From positions 28,605,466-28,669,465 of the forward strand of contig NC_068982.1 in the NCBI RefSeq assembly GCF_001194135.2: a DNA stretch of 64,000 nucleotides, in the 5' to 3' direction. The notes below the pieces were generated by a model. The model ran no database searches and was not told where the DNA came from. It worked only from the letters and a program-made list of their open reading frames with translations. Below, piece by piece: positions 12,997 through 25,699 of the stretch; position 1 is the first letter of the stretch; each line of letters opens with the position of its first letter. Both the position numbers and the translations under genes were made by a program. Origin of the DNA: Octopus bimaculoides. Taxonomy: Eukaryota.

Positions 12997-13242
12997 GACG
13001 AATGCTGCCGTTGATTAGCTCCAGGAGGCTATCGCCTCTAGCTAGCTATGTGACACACAAACCTGTGCCCATTACAACCTTCGAACAGGGGAGGTCAGCA
13101 GCTTCCCCTTGCTGGTTCAACATCCATCAAAGAGAAGCTGCTGACCTCCCCTGTTCGAAGGTTGTAATGGACACAGGTTTGTGTGTCACATAGCAAGCTA
13201 GAGGTGATAGCCTCCTGGAGCTAATCAACGACAGCATTCGTC
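12997..13242. repeat. 109-bp near-perfect inverted repeat with 28-nt loop (fold-back/MITE-like)
   Basis: Arms 12997-13105 and 13134-13242 with 4 mismatches; left end abuts an N-gap. Confidence 0.9.
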
Positions 13243-13891
13243 CTATTTTCCTGGACTGCCATGTAAGCTTCGCGATAACTATTAATATCCAGTACTGCTG
13301 CCGCGGTCTCCTTTAGAGAGATTTAGAAATATTATTATATATATATATGTACAGTATTATGTAAGAGTGTGCGTGCGTGCGGGTGTGCATGTGTGAGTGC
13401 GTGCGTGCGTAAATATATTATCATTCGAAGATATGTATCGTTCCAATTAATGTTTTCAGGAAACAGATTAATAGAGTGCTGTAACTGAATCTTAAGTAAT
13501 TCTCATATTTAACTGTTTATACACATATAACTTACTGCCTACCTTGCCAGGTTACTTGTCAGCTACCTACCTACCTAGCTACCTGCCTACTTACTCTTAT
13601 ATCTACAACATCAGCTAGTCAGACGTAGAAGAAGAAGCCAATAAATTGTCCTTACGAGATTTCTCATGCGGCGAGAAATAACAACCACATTTTCTTGACA
13701 TCACACTCATATCGTCTTGAAGAAGGGAAGAATACGGTAGATAATACACTTCTAAACACACAACTAAAAGACGATGGGTGTGCGACCAGAATACTTTTGA
13801 TCTTTGGTGTAAATCACCATGGCTGACCTAGGGCTAAAATCAATATGGTACATAGGTACATAGGCTGACTGATGCTTTGGCTTCTATCTAC

Positions 13892-13936
<45 letters not shown>

Positions 13937-14317
13937 AGCATAGTTGTTTAGCTGTCTATTTATATCTACCTTTTTTATATATGCTTATAGCTTTAAGGTA
14001 AGACTTGAACGATGAATCCAGTGACTGTGCCCACAAGAGGCAACCATCTATACCCAATTAATTCGTCTAACAGAATAAGTCATCAATGGCTTGTTAATAG
14101 GTTCATCCATTTATCCTTTCAATAATGTTTGCATTGGAATGAAAGTGTATACTGAAGTCTGTTTTTGTTTCACGTTATATAAAATCTTCTACTCGGCTGT
14201 TCAATAAACCATAATAAAAGCATACCGTCTTTACATATTAAAACCATTGTTTCAGCAAATCACTTTCTGTATCATGTTTCTTGGTACTCGAGCGCTACTC
14301 CACTAAATATCAACCCA

Positions 14318-14318
<1 letters not shown>

Positions 14319-14388
<70 letters not shown>
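14319..14388. repeat. (CA)n microsatellite
   Basis: Pure array. Confidence 0.95.
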
Positions 14389-14392
<4 letters not shown>

Positions 14393-15699
14393 ATGGTATC
14401 TTTCTTTGTCATTTATACCCTCACTTCTGCCTTCTTTTCCTGTACTACCCTTTATTTCAGATTTACTCATAAGCTTTTCTCGTCGTTCTTTCCCGTTTTC
14501 ATTGAATTTCATTGGGGTTCTACTGTTGTTTTTATCAAGATACGCCAATGCCAGAATGAAACTAGACCTTGTGAAACTTTCATATGCTGCAATCAAATTG
14601 TCTGTTAATGTTACAGAAATAACATCATTCCGTCATTCTATTGTAAACCCAGAAATATCGTTATAGGGTGTCTTTGTTCTTATTTTGAACTAAGATGATA
14701 TCTGATCACTGATAAAGAAACAGGAAACTTCTTTTCAAATAAAACATTCCTATGGGGGTCTTCTAATGTCCCATATGAACTCTAGAACACAGAGTTAGTA
14801 CACCCATATATCTTATATTCTTCTATGATTCCTTAGAGATTTAAAAATTTATATCAAGGCTGATGACAGCAACTTCCTTCTGCTTTTACTAATTTCTTTC
14901 TTTAGTTTCCGGGCGGGGTTAGTAACTGGTTCTGTTGATCATACAGACATTTTGAGGGAGTTATATTTTAACAATATAAAATTAGTAAGCAAGTAGTAAA
15001 GTGGGATTTGTGTTGAAAAAGATCAAAAAATAATAAAATAAAACTGCTACATCAGCAGCTTGGTGTTCCAAAAGATTTAGCTTGTAAACTAAATAAATAG
15101 AAATGCAACGCAAACTCAATCCTCGGCCAATAAACTATGTAACCAGTAAAGAACAGGTTGACTGACTCAAACTTACAAATCCTCGGTAGATTTATGATCT
15201 AGTGCCTCCATATGAGGAAACACGTGAACAAGCACGCACACACAAACAGATACGTACATACACACACTCACATATAGATCTTACATTTATGTGTCTCCTT
15301 GCCAGCGTATAAGTATAAATTCAAAAGCATATGAATTGCATTTATGCTAATATTTTTGGTGAAATGTTGATGAGCTGGTCTAAATATTTATTTAATGAAT
15401 CATTATATTTCAAAACCCTGCCAATATTTATAATTACCAACCAGATAAGAAAGGTACAAATAAATGTACCTCTAGGGAACCCTGTTTTTTCAAACAGGGT
15501 GTTGTCAAAAGTTGTTTTTTTGTGTTTTCTTTAAGAAGAGGTTATTAAGAAAATTAGATATAAAAATACGAAGCACATTTGAGAAGATTTGAGACTTGTT
15601 TATGAGAGGCAGTTATAACTGGCCTAGATTATTGTAGTTTTAGTATATCATTACAATATATCTAATAAGCTGACCTGCCAACTGTTTGTTTTATTCCAG

Positions 15700-16150
15700 A
15701 CTAAAGCATTTTGAGCAGACCCTGATAAACACGTTTGACGCAGCTAATTCCTTTGAAGAATGCAATCGAAACATGAAAATAATTTGGAAGCATGCAACGC
15801 AATAAAATTTTGCGTTAAACAGAAATTTATGAAATGCTCCAGACAACTTATAGATGAACTTGCATGAGCCGAGCATCTGTTTTTCACTGATACAAGATGT
15901 TCATTAGAGCTGATTGAGAACGTTCGCAATTTTCTGGATGAAAATTGGCCACACAGTCAACGAAGAGTATATTGTCAACGAAGATGTGCTGGACAACTTC
16001 AATCTGGTGGACCTACATGGGGCGTTCACGAAGTGCTGAAGTGCTACAACAAGCGCATTGAAGTCATAGGACCTTATTTTGAAGGAGATTAGTTTTGTAT
16101 TTCTTTGAAATTAATAAACATCTCTCCGGAACATGTATTAACAGAGGATA
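15700..16150 (+). mobile_element. Internally deleted, degenerate mariner transposon
   Basis: N-terminal relic LEACNAIKFCVK / EIYEMLQTTYR*TCMSRASVFH*YKMF joined to C-terminal relic HGAFTKC*..YNKRIEV / GPYFEGD*. Confidence 0.65.
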
Positions 16151-16169
16151 TAGATGATACAGACACTCC

Positions 16170-16539
16170 CTATACACACACATGCACTTACAAAAACATA
16201 GACACATTGAAGGATACGTATGCGTAGACACATACAATAGGAATAGGAATAGAAAATACAAAATGGTTGATAGTTAGCAAGGTGAGACACACATAAGAAA
16301 GAAGAAAGCAAAGGACCACTGATGAGGTCACAGAAGTGTGACGAAAGAACTCTGGCCGAAATAGGATTAATGTAATATAATGTAATATAAAGCTAAAGCA
16401 AATTAACACCAAATATACAGTGCGTGTGTTTTTATTGGCTAAACTGGCAATATTACCATCCCCAAGTACAACCACATCTGTTTCAACACACGCTTTCACA
16501 TCAAAAATCTTGCAAAACAAATATATATATATATATATA
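16170..16539 (+). mobile_element. Penelope-like terminal repeat fragment, copy 2, ending in (TA)n
   Basis: Homologous to 6880-7290; carries an intact hammerhead core. Confidence 0.55.
16316..16355 (+). ncRNA. Minimal type I hammerhead ribozyme (intact core)
   Basis: CCA-CTGATGA-G-GTCACA gaag TGTGAC-GAAA-G aa C-TC-TGG: stems I, II and III all pair; predicted cleavage 3' of C16352. Confidence 0.7.
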
Positions 16540-16691
16540 NNNNNNNNNNNNNNNNNNNNNNNNNNNNNNNNNNNNNNNNNNNNNNNNNNNNNNNNNNNNN
16601 NNNNNNNATATATATTAAACACACACACACACACACATACATATATATTAATTGATGGTGAGTTCGGCTTGCAATATAGTAATTCATCTTG

Positions 16692-16693
<2 letters not shown>

Positions 16694-16748
<55 letters not shown>
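16694..16748. repeat. (TAC)n microsatellite
   Basis: Trinucleotide array. Confidence 0.95.
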
Positions 16749-16749
<1 letters not shown>

Positions 16750-17096
16750 GAATATTGATAAGATATTTTCCTCCGTTATATGATGAAGCAGCAGATATAA
16801 GAACGAAACAGAAATATCTTGGAAAATATGTTGTCGTCGTCTTAATGTCCCTAGTCATTTTTTCTATACGTTTATTTTTCATTAAATACATTGTTAAAGT
16901 TAAGCACAGTGGAAATCTACTTGAAAATGTTACTCATTAAATATGTTTTGTATTGGATTCTAAACTACTTTTTCTAAAAGCCATAATAATACAGAGTTGT
17001 CCTAAAAATCTAAAATTTCGTTCATTACAAGAGATTATCCGATTTTTCATGAGATTTTTTTTACCGGTATCGAATTCAGCGCATTATTTATGTACT

Positions 17097-17522
17097 ATAA
17101 GGTGGCGAGCTGTCTGAATCGTTTCCATGTCGGTACAAAATGCTTGGTGGTAATTCTTCAGGCTTTACGTTCTGAGTTCAAATTCTACCGAGGTCGACCT
17201 TACCTTTCATTCTTTCGGAGTCGATGAAATATCATAAATGCCAGTTGATCACAGAGGTGTATGTAATAAATTAGCCACCTCTCCAAAAATTTCAAGTTTG
17301 GCGCCTAAAGTAAAAAGAATTATTTATTTACTGTCTAATCAAATGCTTTGCGGGCGGCATTTCTTCCAGTTCGTTCTGTTCTGGGTTCAAATTCCGCCGA
17401 AGTCGATTTACCTTTCATCCTTTCAAGGTCGAAGAAATAAGTACCAGTTCAATACTTGGGTTGGTGTAATCAATTTATTCCCTCTCAAATAATTGCTGGC
17501 ATTGTGCCAAAATTTGAAACCG
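17097..17522 (+). mobile_element. Tandem pair of SINE family A copies
   Basis: Full copy 17097-17319 and 5'-truncated copy ~17340-17522, bracketed by ttatttat(g/t)tact x3. Confidence 0.85.
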
Positions 17523-18110
17523 TTATTTATGTACTGTCTTAAAAATAAACATCTTTCAAGTTTACTGGAATTATTAACTTATTATAGAGAATATAAATAG
17601 ATTTTAAAAACTCTTAATACGTCCAACAATATTCCCGTAAAACATGTTAAATTTAATTATATCGACTCGATTAAAGCTTACGCTATTCCATTTCTCGGAA
17701 AGACTAAACATACTTGAAAGCTAAACAGTTATTCCATACATCGGTAGGTGCACACTTGTTATATGCATTCACAAAGCAAATTAAAACGACGTTCAAAGCA
17801 TGCTCCTTTCTTGCACAAATTCGCCCACCAAAAGTGACCTCCTCTAACCACTATTCCTCTGCCAGTTATCTACCAGGCCCCTAATCAACTCATATCTTCA
17901 TGCGTCGGACTATCAATATTTTGCCAAACTTTTTTCATCCTTCAGGAGCTCCATATACATACGTTTTCTGCACGCCTGTTAACGTACAATTTTAGCAGGA
18001 CGTTAACCAAATAAACTTAATAGTCATATATTTTTTCAATTAGAAGAAGCCGGAACAAATTTAGAATTTCATTTCTCGTTTTTATACACAAAGACACACA
18101 CACACACATG

Positions 18111-18151
<41 letters not shown>

Positions 18152-19159
18152 CATACTACCTACCTTGTCAGTGATCAATGATACTGATAAAGTACAATAA
18201 TGTTGGTTAACCTACAAATAAATATAGCAAATCAAACTATTTTTCGGAAGATTTTTCAATCTTTATTGCAGTTACATCGCAGGTGTCTACATCATTTGAT
18301 TAATCACATTGCAACAAGTGGGCAGTTCATTGATATGTTCATAAAATCTAGTAGATTCCGAGATGTGGGTCCACTAATTTGCATACTACAAACGTTTAAC
18401 ATTTTATTTAATATCCGAAACTTCGCCAATGGGATGTGCATGTATACACGCTCACATACACACGCTTGTGGTCTTCTTTATTTCATTATATTCTCTCATT
18501 CTCTAAATAATTGACAGACCGCAAAAAGGCTACTATGCAATTTGACACAAAAATAAATAGTTTCTAACGAAATGTACATCCTTATATTCCTTGCGGTTAT
18601 CTCCAAATACAAAAGCATAGATGATGGGAGGTAAGGATTCTGATGAAAATAACATCCGTCTCAGGAATGTAATATTTTTTATCGAAAATACACTGTTTAT
18701 TTACCGCGGTTATGTTAACTAAAACACACTGAAATTAGGTCTACTGACAGTCAGAATGAAAAAACAGCAGTAGGTTTGTTCTAGCTACACACATTGAGGC
18801 TAAAAGTTGAAAAACCTTGTTCCTACGAGCCGAAACATATTCTGTGCTCTTGTTGAAATGTAGTCATACATTAAAAAGTAATAGTGTATAAAACATGTAT
18901 ACTATTTTTTAAAAAAAGCGTTTTTCGAATAAATAGACTGAAAAGTATTCAATATTATTTGTTTCAATATTCACTGTTATTGTTATTGCTATGACATAAA
19001 AACAGTCAGTTAAGTAATTCGTTCGTAAAGCACCGCTACTTTCGTTCGTGCTTCGTCTTTTGTTTCACGAATGTTTTTATCCTTCGCCGATTTATATCGG
19101 TGAAACGCAAACGCATGCGTACATGCACACCACCACCACCACCACACAGGCACGCACGC

Positions 19160-19310
19160 ACGCTATGAACTTCCGCATAGTTTTCCACTTACAAGGTATG
19201 TATTAATAAAAGTAATAGTAAAAGACACTTGGCCTATGTACTATGTGATAGGATAACAGCCAGACCCACGTAGTTGCGAAGCGAACTCTTTAAGCACACA
19301 CAGCATGGCT
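19160..19310 (-). mobile_element. SINE family B (CORE-like), degenerate
   Basis: tagtaaaagacacttggcc...cacgtagttgcgaagc aligns with the 49910-50060 copy. Confidence 0.6.
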
Positions 19311-20021
19311 ACATTAATACTACATACCTCCCAGCTAGGAAAATACAGCGTCCGTAGAGGAATTTGACGGGAACATACATACGAAGCATAAATAGTTCAA
19401 ACGAAAGTTTAGGTACGTAATCCAACAGAGTATGTTTCCTTAGTGTGAGATGGAAGTTGCTGAAACAGCATTTTCTTTTGCTAACATCCTGTCTAATACG
19501 CCCACATGGACACAGAAATATACGCAGACATACATACAGATACGTTATATAAAAATCATACATGCACATGTGAGTATATATATATATACACTTATGAACA
19601 AAGTCTTTTCTCTAATTCAAGTTAGATAAAAGATTTCTCATAAAAATTTCGTGGATCCGATATCAATTTGGTATTTATCTACGGTGGTACTGTTACCTAT
19701 TATTGCTGACGGGTGTAGAAGGGTTTCATAAAATGCAATGGAAGAATCTAAAATTGCCAAGTTACAATAACTAAACGTAAAATGATACTGGGAAATATAC
19801 GCACTTTAGAAATAAACAACTTGAAATATCACAGCTCGAATAAAATTTGGTTGTATTGTTCAGACTATTCAGAATTCCTAGTAAAAAATTGAAGAAATTT
19901 TCAATAAAAATATTTGGAAAATTATTCACTGAGAAGTTATGTATAGTATTACAGGTACTAATGTAATACTTGATGTTGAGAAATGAACATAAAAAAAATA
20001 TAAACATTGAAAAAGAATATT

Positions 20022-20235
20022 CACTGGTACTCTAGGTACAAGGCCTGAAAATTTGGGGGAGGGGGTCAGTTGATTATATCGACCCCAGTACACAATTAGT
20101 ACTTAATTTATCGACCCCAAAAGGATGAGAAGGAAACTTAACGCGGCGAAATTTGAACTCAGAACATAAAGACAGACGAAATAGTGCTAAGCATTTCGCC
20201 CGGCGTGCTAACGTTTCTGCCAGCTCGCCGCCTTA
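20022..20235 (-). mobile_element. SINE family A with 16-bp TSD (1 mismatch)
   Basis: attgaaa(a/g)agaatatt at 20006-20021 and 20236-20251. Confidence 0.9.
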
Positions 20236-22149
20236 ATTGAAAGAGAATATTACAAAGACGAATGATCAAAACCGTGTTGGTCTTTGGGCATACTCAGTGA
20301 ATTTGTACTGATACGTTAAACTAAATACAATAAATGATTGTTCATTTATGCTCATGTTATATCTGTTCTCCTGGAGTTAGTCTTATTTAAAATGTCTTAT
20401 GACACGAATGAAGTGTTCTGACAAAATGAGAAAATATGTCTTTACTATGCATGAGAGGTTATCATAAACAGTAAGATCGAGCATTTACAAGAAGTGTTAT
20501 AGATTTTTGTCATTTCTTTCTTCACACATGCTGGAGGGGATTATCCTGAGGGTACGTTTTTTTTTTTAGATGTGTAATGTTTGTGTATTTGGTGTTGTAT
20601 AAGTTTAAGACGAACATTTTATTCTGTAGTTACAATTGGTAGAGAATAAATACGTCTACTGAAATGTGCTTCAGTTGCGATCATATTAAGTTTGAATGTA
20701 GAAGAAGAGTAGTATGGTGTTATTTGGATAGGAATGTATAACATTAGAAGTAACTTAATAGGCTGTTAATTTAGAGAAACAGGGAGGGGAAAATATAAAC
20801 GAGTACTAAAATTATCCCCATTTGATTGTATACGAGAGTAGAGCGCACACTTGTTAACATATTTTACGATAGCGAGACTTGACAGGAAGCTTCCGAGCCA
20901 AGTTATTAGTGGAGCTATAATTGACAAAGATACCAGAGATTTATCATATTTTGAAAGCTCTTTCATCAAGTTTTCAAGGGTAAGATACTATTATTATAGA
21001 ACGTAATAAACAAAGTATATATGAATATGGTCCTGAAGAAGCCTTAATAGAAAATCATTTACAACGCTGAAAGATTCGAGAGAGCAATGTGGTTGTTTGT
21101 TTATAATTTTTCACATTGTTTTGTAAATGGAAACGATGAGCTTTATTAGGTTCAAAGTAACTCGCTGATAAAGGTTTCCTTCCTTGGAAACAGGACAAAG
21201 TATTGCAAGGTCACAATGGACAAACTTTTGCAAGGTGTTGAAATTATAAACTGCAAACTTTGAGTGGCTTGACTTAGAGAAATTTTCTTATCTTTCAATT
21301 CGACTTGTTGCAAAGAGATCTGAATGGGGGAAGAGATCATGATGGAAATGATTGATGCCTGCAGAGAGAAGTTGAGGGTAAATGCTCCACTAGTATTAAG
21401 ATTTTTTCGGCAGATTTATTACTTACAAGGTCGTTTGAATTGATGAGTAGGTGGTACAGCATCAGAAAGCAATTCTAAAACTGCTTAGAATACAGAGCTA
21501 GCTAGTCTCACATTGCAAGAAAGCATTCTTTTTTGTAGACACACTGCGGCTTTAGTGCTGGTGCTATTGATCTAGTTTTTCATACATTTTCTATTAGTCT
21601 CGTAGGATGACTCAGACAAAGAGAACAAAATCCTGAATTTGCTTTTATCTTCTACACAAATCACTACCGGGATAATTCCAAGCTGAGTTCGGAGTGGAAG
21701 CTATTCTAAGGCTGAAGGGAACATGAAACAATGTCTTGTAGCTTCTAAAAGGATGATGTCTCGATGTGGTTCCACTGATTGACGCCTTAAAAGTATCTTG
21801 CTAACGAGCCCTTAGTCAAAAGTATTTCCCATCGATAATGTATAAATGACTCTACTGTATGTATTTAGTACCTCAATCTGGAAAAAACGGCTGGCAAATA
21901 TACTCTGCTGTAATCAAACTGTACTGTTTTAAATAAAGAACAATTTATCAGTATACTGGGGCGTTTCTCCGTCATTTAACGATGAAGATGCAGTTGTTTG
22001 AGCAACTGTTCCTGAATTAACGTGTAGGTGGTTAAGTATTCCACAACTTTTTATTTAAATCTCAGTGAGAATCAGCGTGACACAGTGTGTGATAAGAACG
22101 TACCTTTTGAATTACGGCTACAATTCCTTTGACGAGCTTGTAATTTCTG

Positions 22150-22280
22150 TGTACCCAATTTCACTTGCAAGGAATGGGTGACTTGAAGTTGTAGAAAATT
22201 AGTTATGATATCACGCCATGGGATTGAGACCATGGTTTCATGCTTTCAAAGAAGGTTTCTTAACCATTTGGCCATACTAC
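22150..22280 (-). mobile_element. tRNA-derived SINE head, degenerate
   Basis: Reverse complement reads gtatggccaaatggttaagaa...ggtctcaatccc (A-box and B-box-like). Confidence 0.45.
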
Positions 22281-23904
22281 ACCAGCCCAGCAATCCTACG
22301 CTATGTAGATATTACAATTCCAAAAATTTAGAAGTCATTATATAAATATATTTTTCATGTTTCCATTTTATTTCTTCTTTCTCCTTAGGTGTGTGCTGTT
22401 TGTTTTTTAAAGTCCCACTGTTTCTATGTTCTTTAAACTGTGTGTAGGAGAATAATCAAACTACCTGAAATGTTAAAATTTCTTTTTTATGTTTTATATT
22501 GTTATATTTAGAATCTACGAAAATAGATGTTAGAACCGACTGCGATTAGTCAACTTTACTTGAAAGTTAAAGTTTACGTTGATGTTATTTTGTTTATGGA
22601 GAATGCTGAGTAGTTAATTATTCACAGGTTTTCTGGGCAGATATAAACATTAATTCTTAAAAGCCTTTACAATTTAAAGTTTTGTAAAAGAAAAGCAAAA
22701 TAAAACAATGAAACAAAAAACGTGTTAGTACTTTCTTGCACGACTTTACTGGGAGCAATCTCTGTCCGCGTTTTGTTGTAACACAAAATGAAAACACAAA
22801 ATTTTTCGCCTGTTTCAGTGAAGCATTGGACAAACAAAAATGCAAATGATAAACATATGCAAAAAACCCCATGCATCCGTATGCCTTATATTTAAAGTAT
22901 CATATATAGGCAACATTTTTTGCTTTTTCGAGTTGCATATGGCTTACTTATATTGGTTAGTTTAGGCAGCTGATAATTCTTACTCGCAAGTTCTTCTTCA
23001 ATGTTAAGAGTAAAAGCAGCCGCTCGGAAAGTTTAAGAATCATAGCTAAATCTAGGGTATTTATTGCTTGAAACAGCTAAAAAACAAACAAACAAACAAA
23101 CAAACAAAAACAGACGCTTATAAGAGTATATGAAATTCCTGTTTTAAAAAAATCTCAATAGCACATAGAGGTACTTTCAAAACGAAAAACACATTCACAA
23201 TCACTCATAGATCTAACTAAGGATTAGATTTGTTCTATATACTACCCTAATATAAATCATTTGTATAATGTTCTTCTGTATTTCTGTATACCATTGTGTA
23301 GTAGTGAAGTGAATTAAGTAATTTAAGGTTGAGAGACCTAAGTTAAGAGAGCCAATAATGGGATATTGAGTGTCAACCATTCGATCGGTACACTGTTATC
23401 TAATACACTTGGTTCACTGCGTCTCTTAATCGGTGTATAGTAACCTAGTGTTTTTCATAGGGAGGAGGACAGTGAGTACTGAAATTGAGGCGGGAACATT
23501 GCCGTGTTCCCGCTAGTTAAAGCGGTGGACTGTACTTCCTCATATCATCCTGTTGTAATGATATGAATTAACTCATTTACAACGAAGATGTTAAAAATGT
23601 TTAAACAAGTCCAGCGCCATACAAAAGAAACAACTATATAAATACAAATTCTCTTTTGTCTTCTCATTAATAAAGTGGGGCAAAATATTTCAGTAGTATG
23701 TTTTTTTTTGTGGGTGGTGGTGAGGCGCTCGTACTTGCCAGGTTGAGATCCACTGTATTTGCCGACAAAAAGCGTTGATATATACGGAAGTAATATAAAT
23801 GCTTACAATTTTATCTGTTCATCTATTTGTGTGGGTGTACATATAAATGTGCGTATGTGTGTGTGTGTGTGTGTATATATGGGTGTGGGTATGTATGTAA
23901 TATG

Positions 23905-24070
23905 AACGCAGACATGGATGTTGGTTAAGAAGTTTGCCTTACGGCCATCGAACCTCCGGTTCGATTCCGCTGCATGAAATTTCATACAAGTGTCTTTTTT
24001 TCATTGCCAGGGGTCGTCTGAAATCTGAAAGAAATTTTGCTGACGAAAACTATATGAAAGCATGTCAGAA
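23905..24070 (+). mobile_element. SINE family B, degenerate
   Basis: ggttaagaagtttgcc...ccggttcgattccgctgc...caagtgtcttt. Confidence 0.6.
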
Positions 24071-24660
24071 AGACAGTAGATGTACTTTGATGAACAGGCT
24101 TGCTTGTTATACACAGTCTCATATTGGAGCTACCCGAAAATTACGTTTAATTCAGTAGTTCCAAAATGGTGTGCCTCGGGGTGTATGTAGGTTCCCTATG
24201 GAATTTTAGAAAATCCTGTATTACTGAAACAAATAAAAGGTAAATAAATATTAAAATATAATCATTTTTAAAGTCCTAAGAATGCCAGAAATTCGTTTAA
24301 TTTCGTTTTTATTTGGTCTACGTGGAAGAAGAGACAATTTCCGTGACCTTTGCGGATTCTCTAATTCGGTGATCTTGAGGCCGGTAACGTTCCGTTAAAA
24401 TGTGGCAAATAAAAACTCGCAGCAAACACAAGCAAGGAGAACATTTCAAAGGATCGATGTTCTGAAGAGGGGGGCGACTGGGGCCACATGGTGTAGATGA
24501 ATAGAAAATAGTAGTGCGGTGGATAGGTAGGGAGTCGAGTGCAGCACAAAGTAATAAGATATTAATAATCATTGCAATGTTGAAGCAAATAACCGTTTAT
24601 TCCTTTACTTAAATCCGTATATTCACCTAATTACGTTGACCAAACCTTATAATCCATCCG

Positions 24661-24890
24661 TAAGGCGGCGAGCTGGCAGAATCATTAGCACCCCGGGCAA
24701 AATGCTTAGTGGTATGTTAGCTGTCGTTACATTCTGAGTTCAAATGTCGAGGTCGACTTTGCCTTTCATCCTTTCGGGGTCCATTAAATAAATACCAGTT
24801 ACGCACTGGAGTCGATGTACTCGACTTAATCCCTTTGCCTGTCCTTGTTTGTCCCCTCTATGTTTAGCCTCCAGTGGGCAATAAAGAAAT
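24661..24890 (+). mobile_element. SINE family A variant with an alternative 3' tail
   Basis: Well-preserved head aaggcggcgagctggcagaatc...gagttcaaat; tail ...gtcccctctatgt...gtgggcaataaagaaat. Confidence 0.9.
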
Positions 24891-24944
24891 GAATATACTC
24901 CATCCGTGCCGGAATCGACCTGAGATCCATCATATATTTAAAAG

Positions 24945-25372
24945 TACAAAGGCAGGGAGCTGGGAGAACCGATAGCACATCGGACGAAATGTTTCGCGGC
25001 CTTTTTTCCAGCTTTATTTTCTGGGTTCAAATCTCGCGGCGGTCAGTTTTGTTTTTCTTCTTTTCTGGGTTGATTGCAATAAGTACCCGTTGAGCAGTGG
25101 GATCGATGTAATCGATTAGCTATTGTAGGAAGAATTATTTATGTACTGTCTGAAAAAGATGAGCTAGTAGGATCGTTTGTGCGTCGGAAAAAGTACTTAG
25201 CGGTATATCTCTCGGCTATACGTTCTGAGTTCAAATTTCACCGAGATCCACTTTGCTTTTCATGCTATCTGGGTCGATAAAATAAGAAGTACCAGTTGAG
25301 TACCAGGATTGTTATAATTAACTACCTTCTCCAAATCTCAGGCCTTATGTCTATAGTCGAAAGCATTCTACT
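24945..25372 (+). mobile_element. Tandem pair of degenerate SINE family A copies
   Basis: Two family cores separated by attatttatgtactgtct (~25135). Confidence 0.75.
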
Positions 25373-25699
25373 TATACACGCGCGTGTGTAAGTAAAATAC
25401 GTAGAAAGTAGTTTTTGCTGAGTGTCTGTATGCTATGAGAACTTCATAAAATACATGAAATGAAATGCTTGTATAAGTGATTGTTCTGGAACTGTTTCTT
25501 CAAATTTTGTACGATATTCATTACATATATAAGAATCGAAATATTTTAATTTTTGTCTCCTGAGATATTTTTAAATAGTACAACATACATACATACATAC
25601 ACACATACATGTACACATACATACATAAATACATGCATACATACATGCACATACATACATACACATACATACGTATACACACACACACACACACACGTT

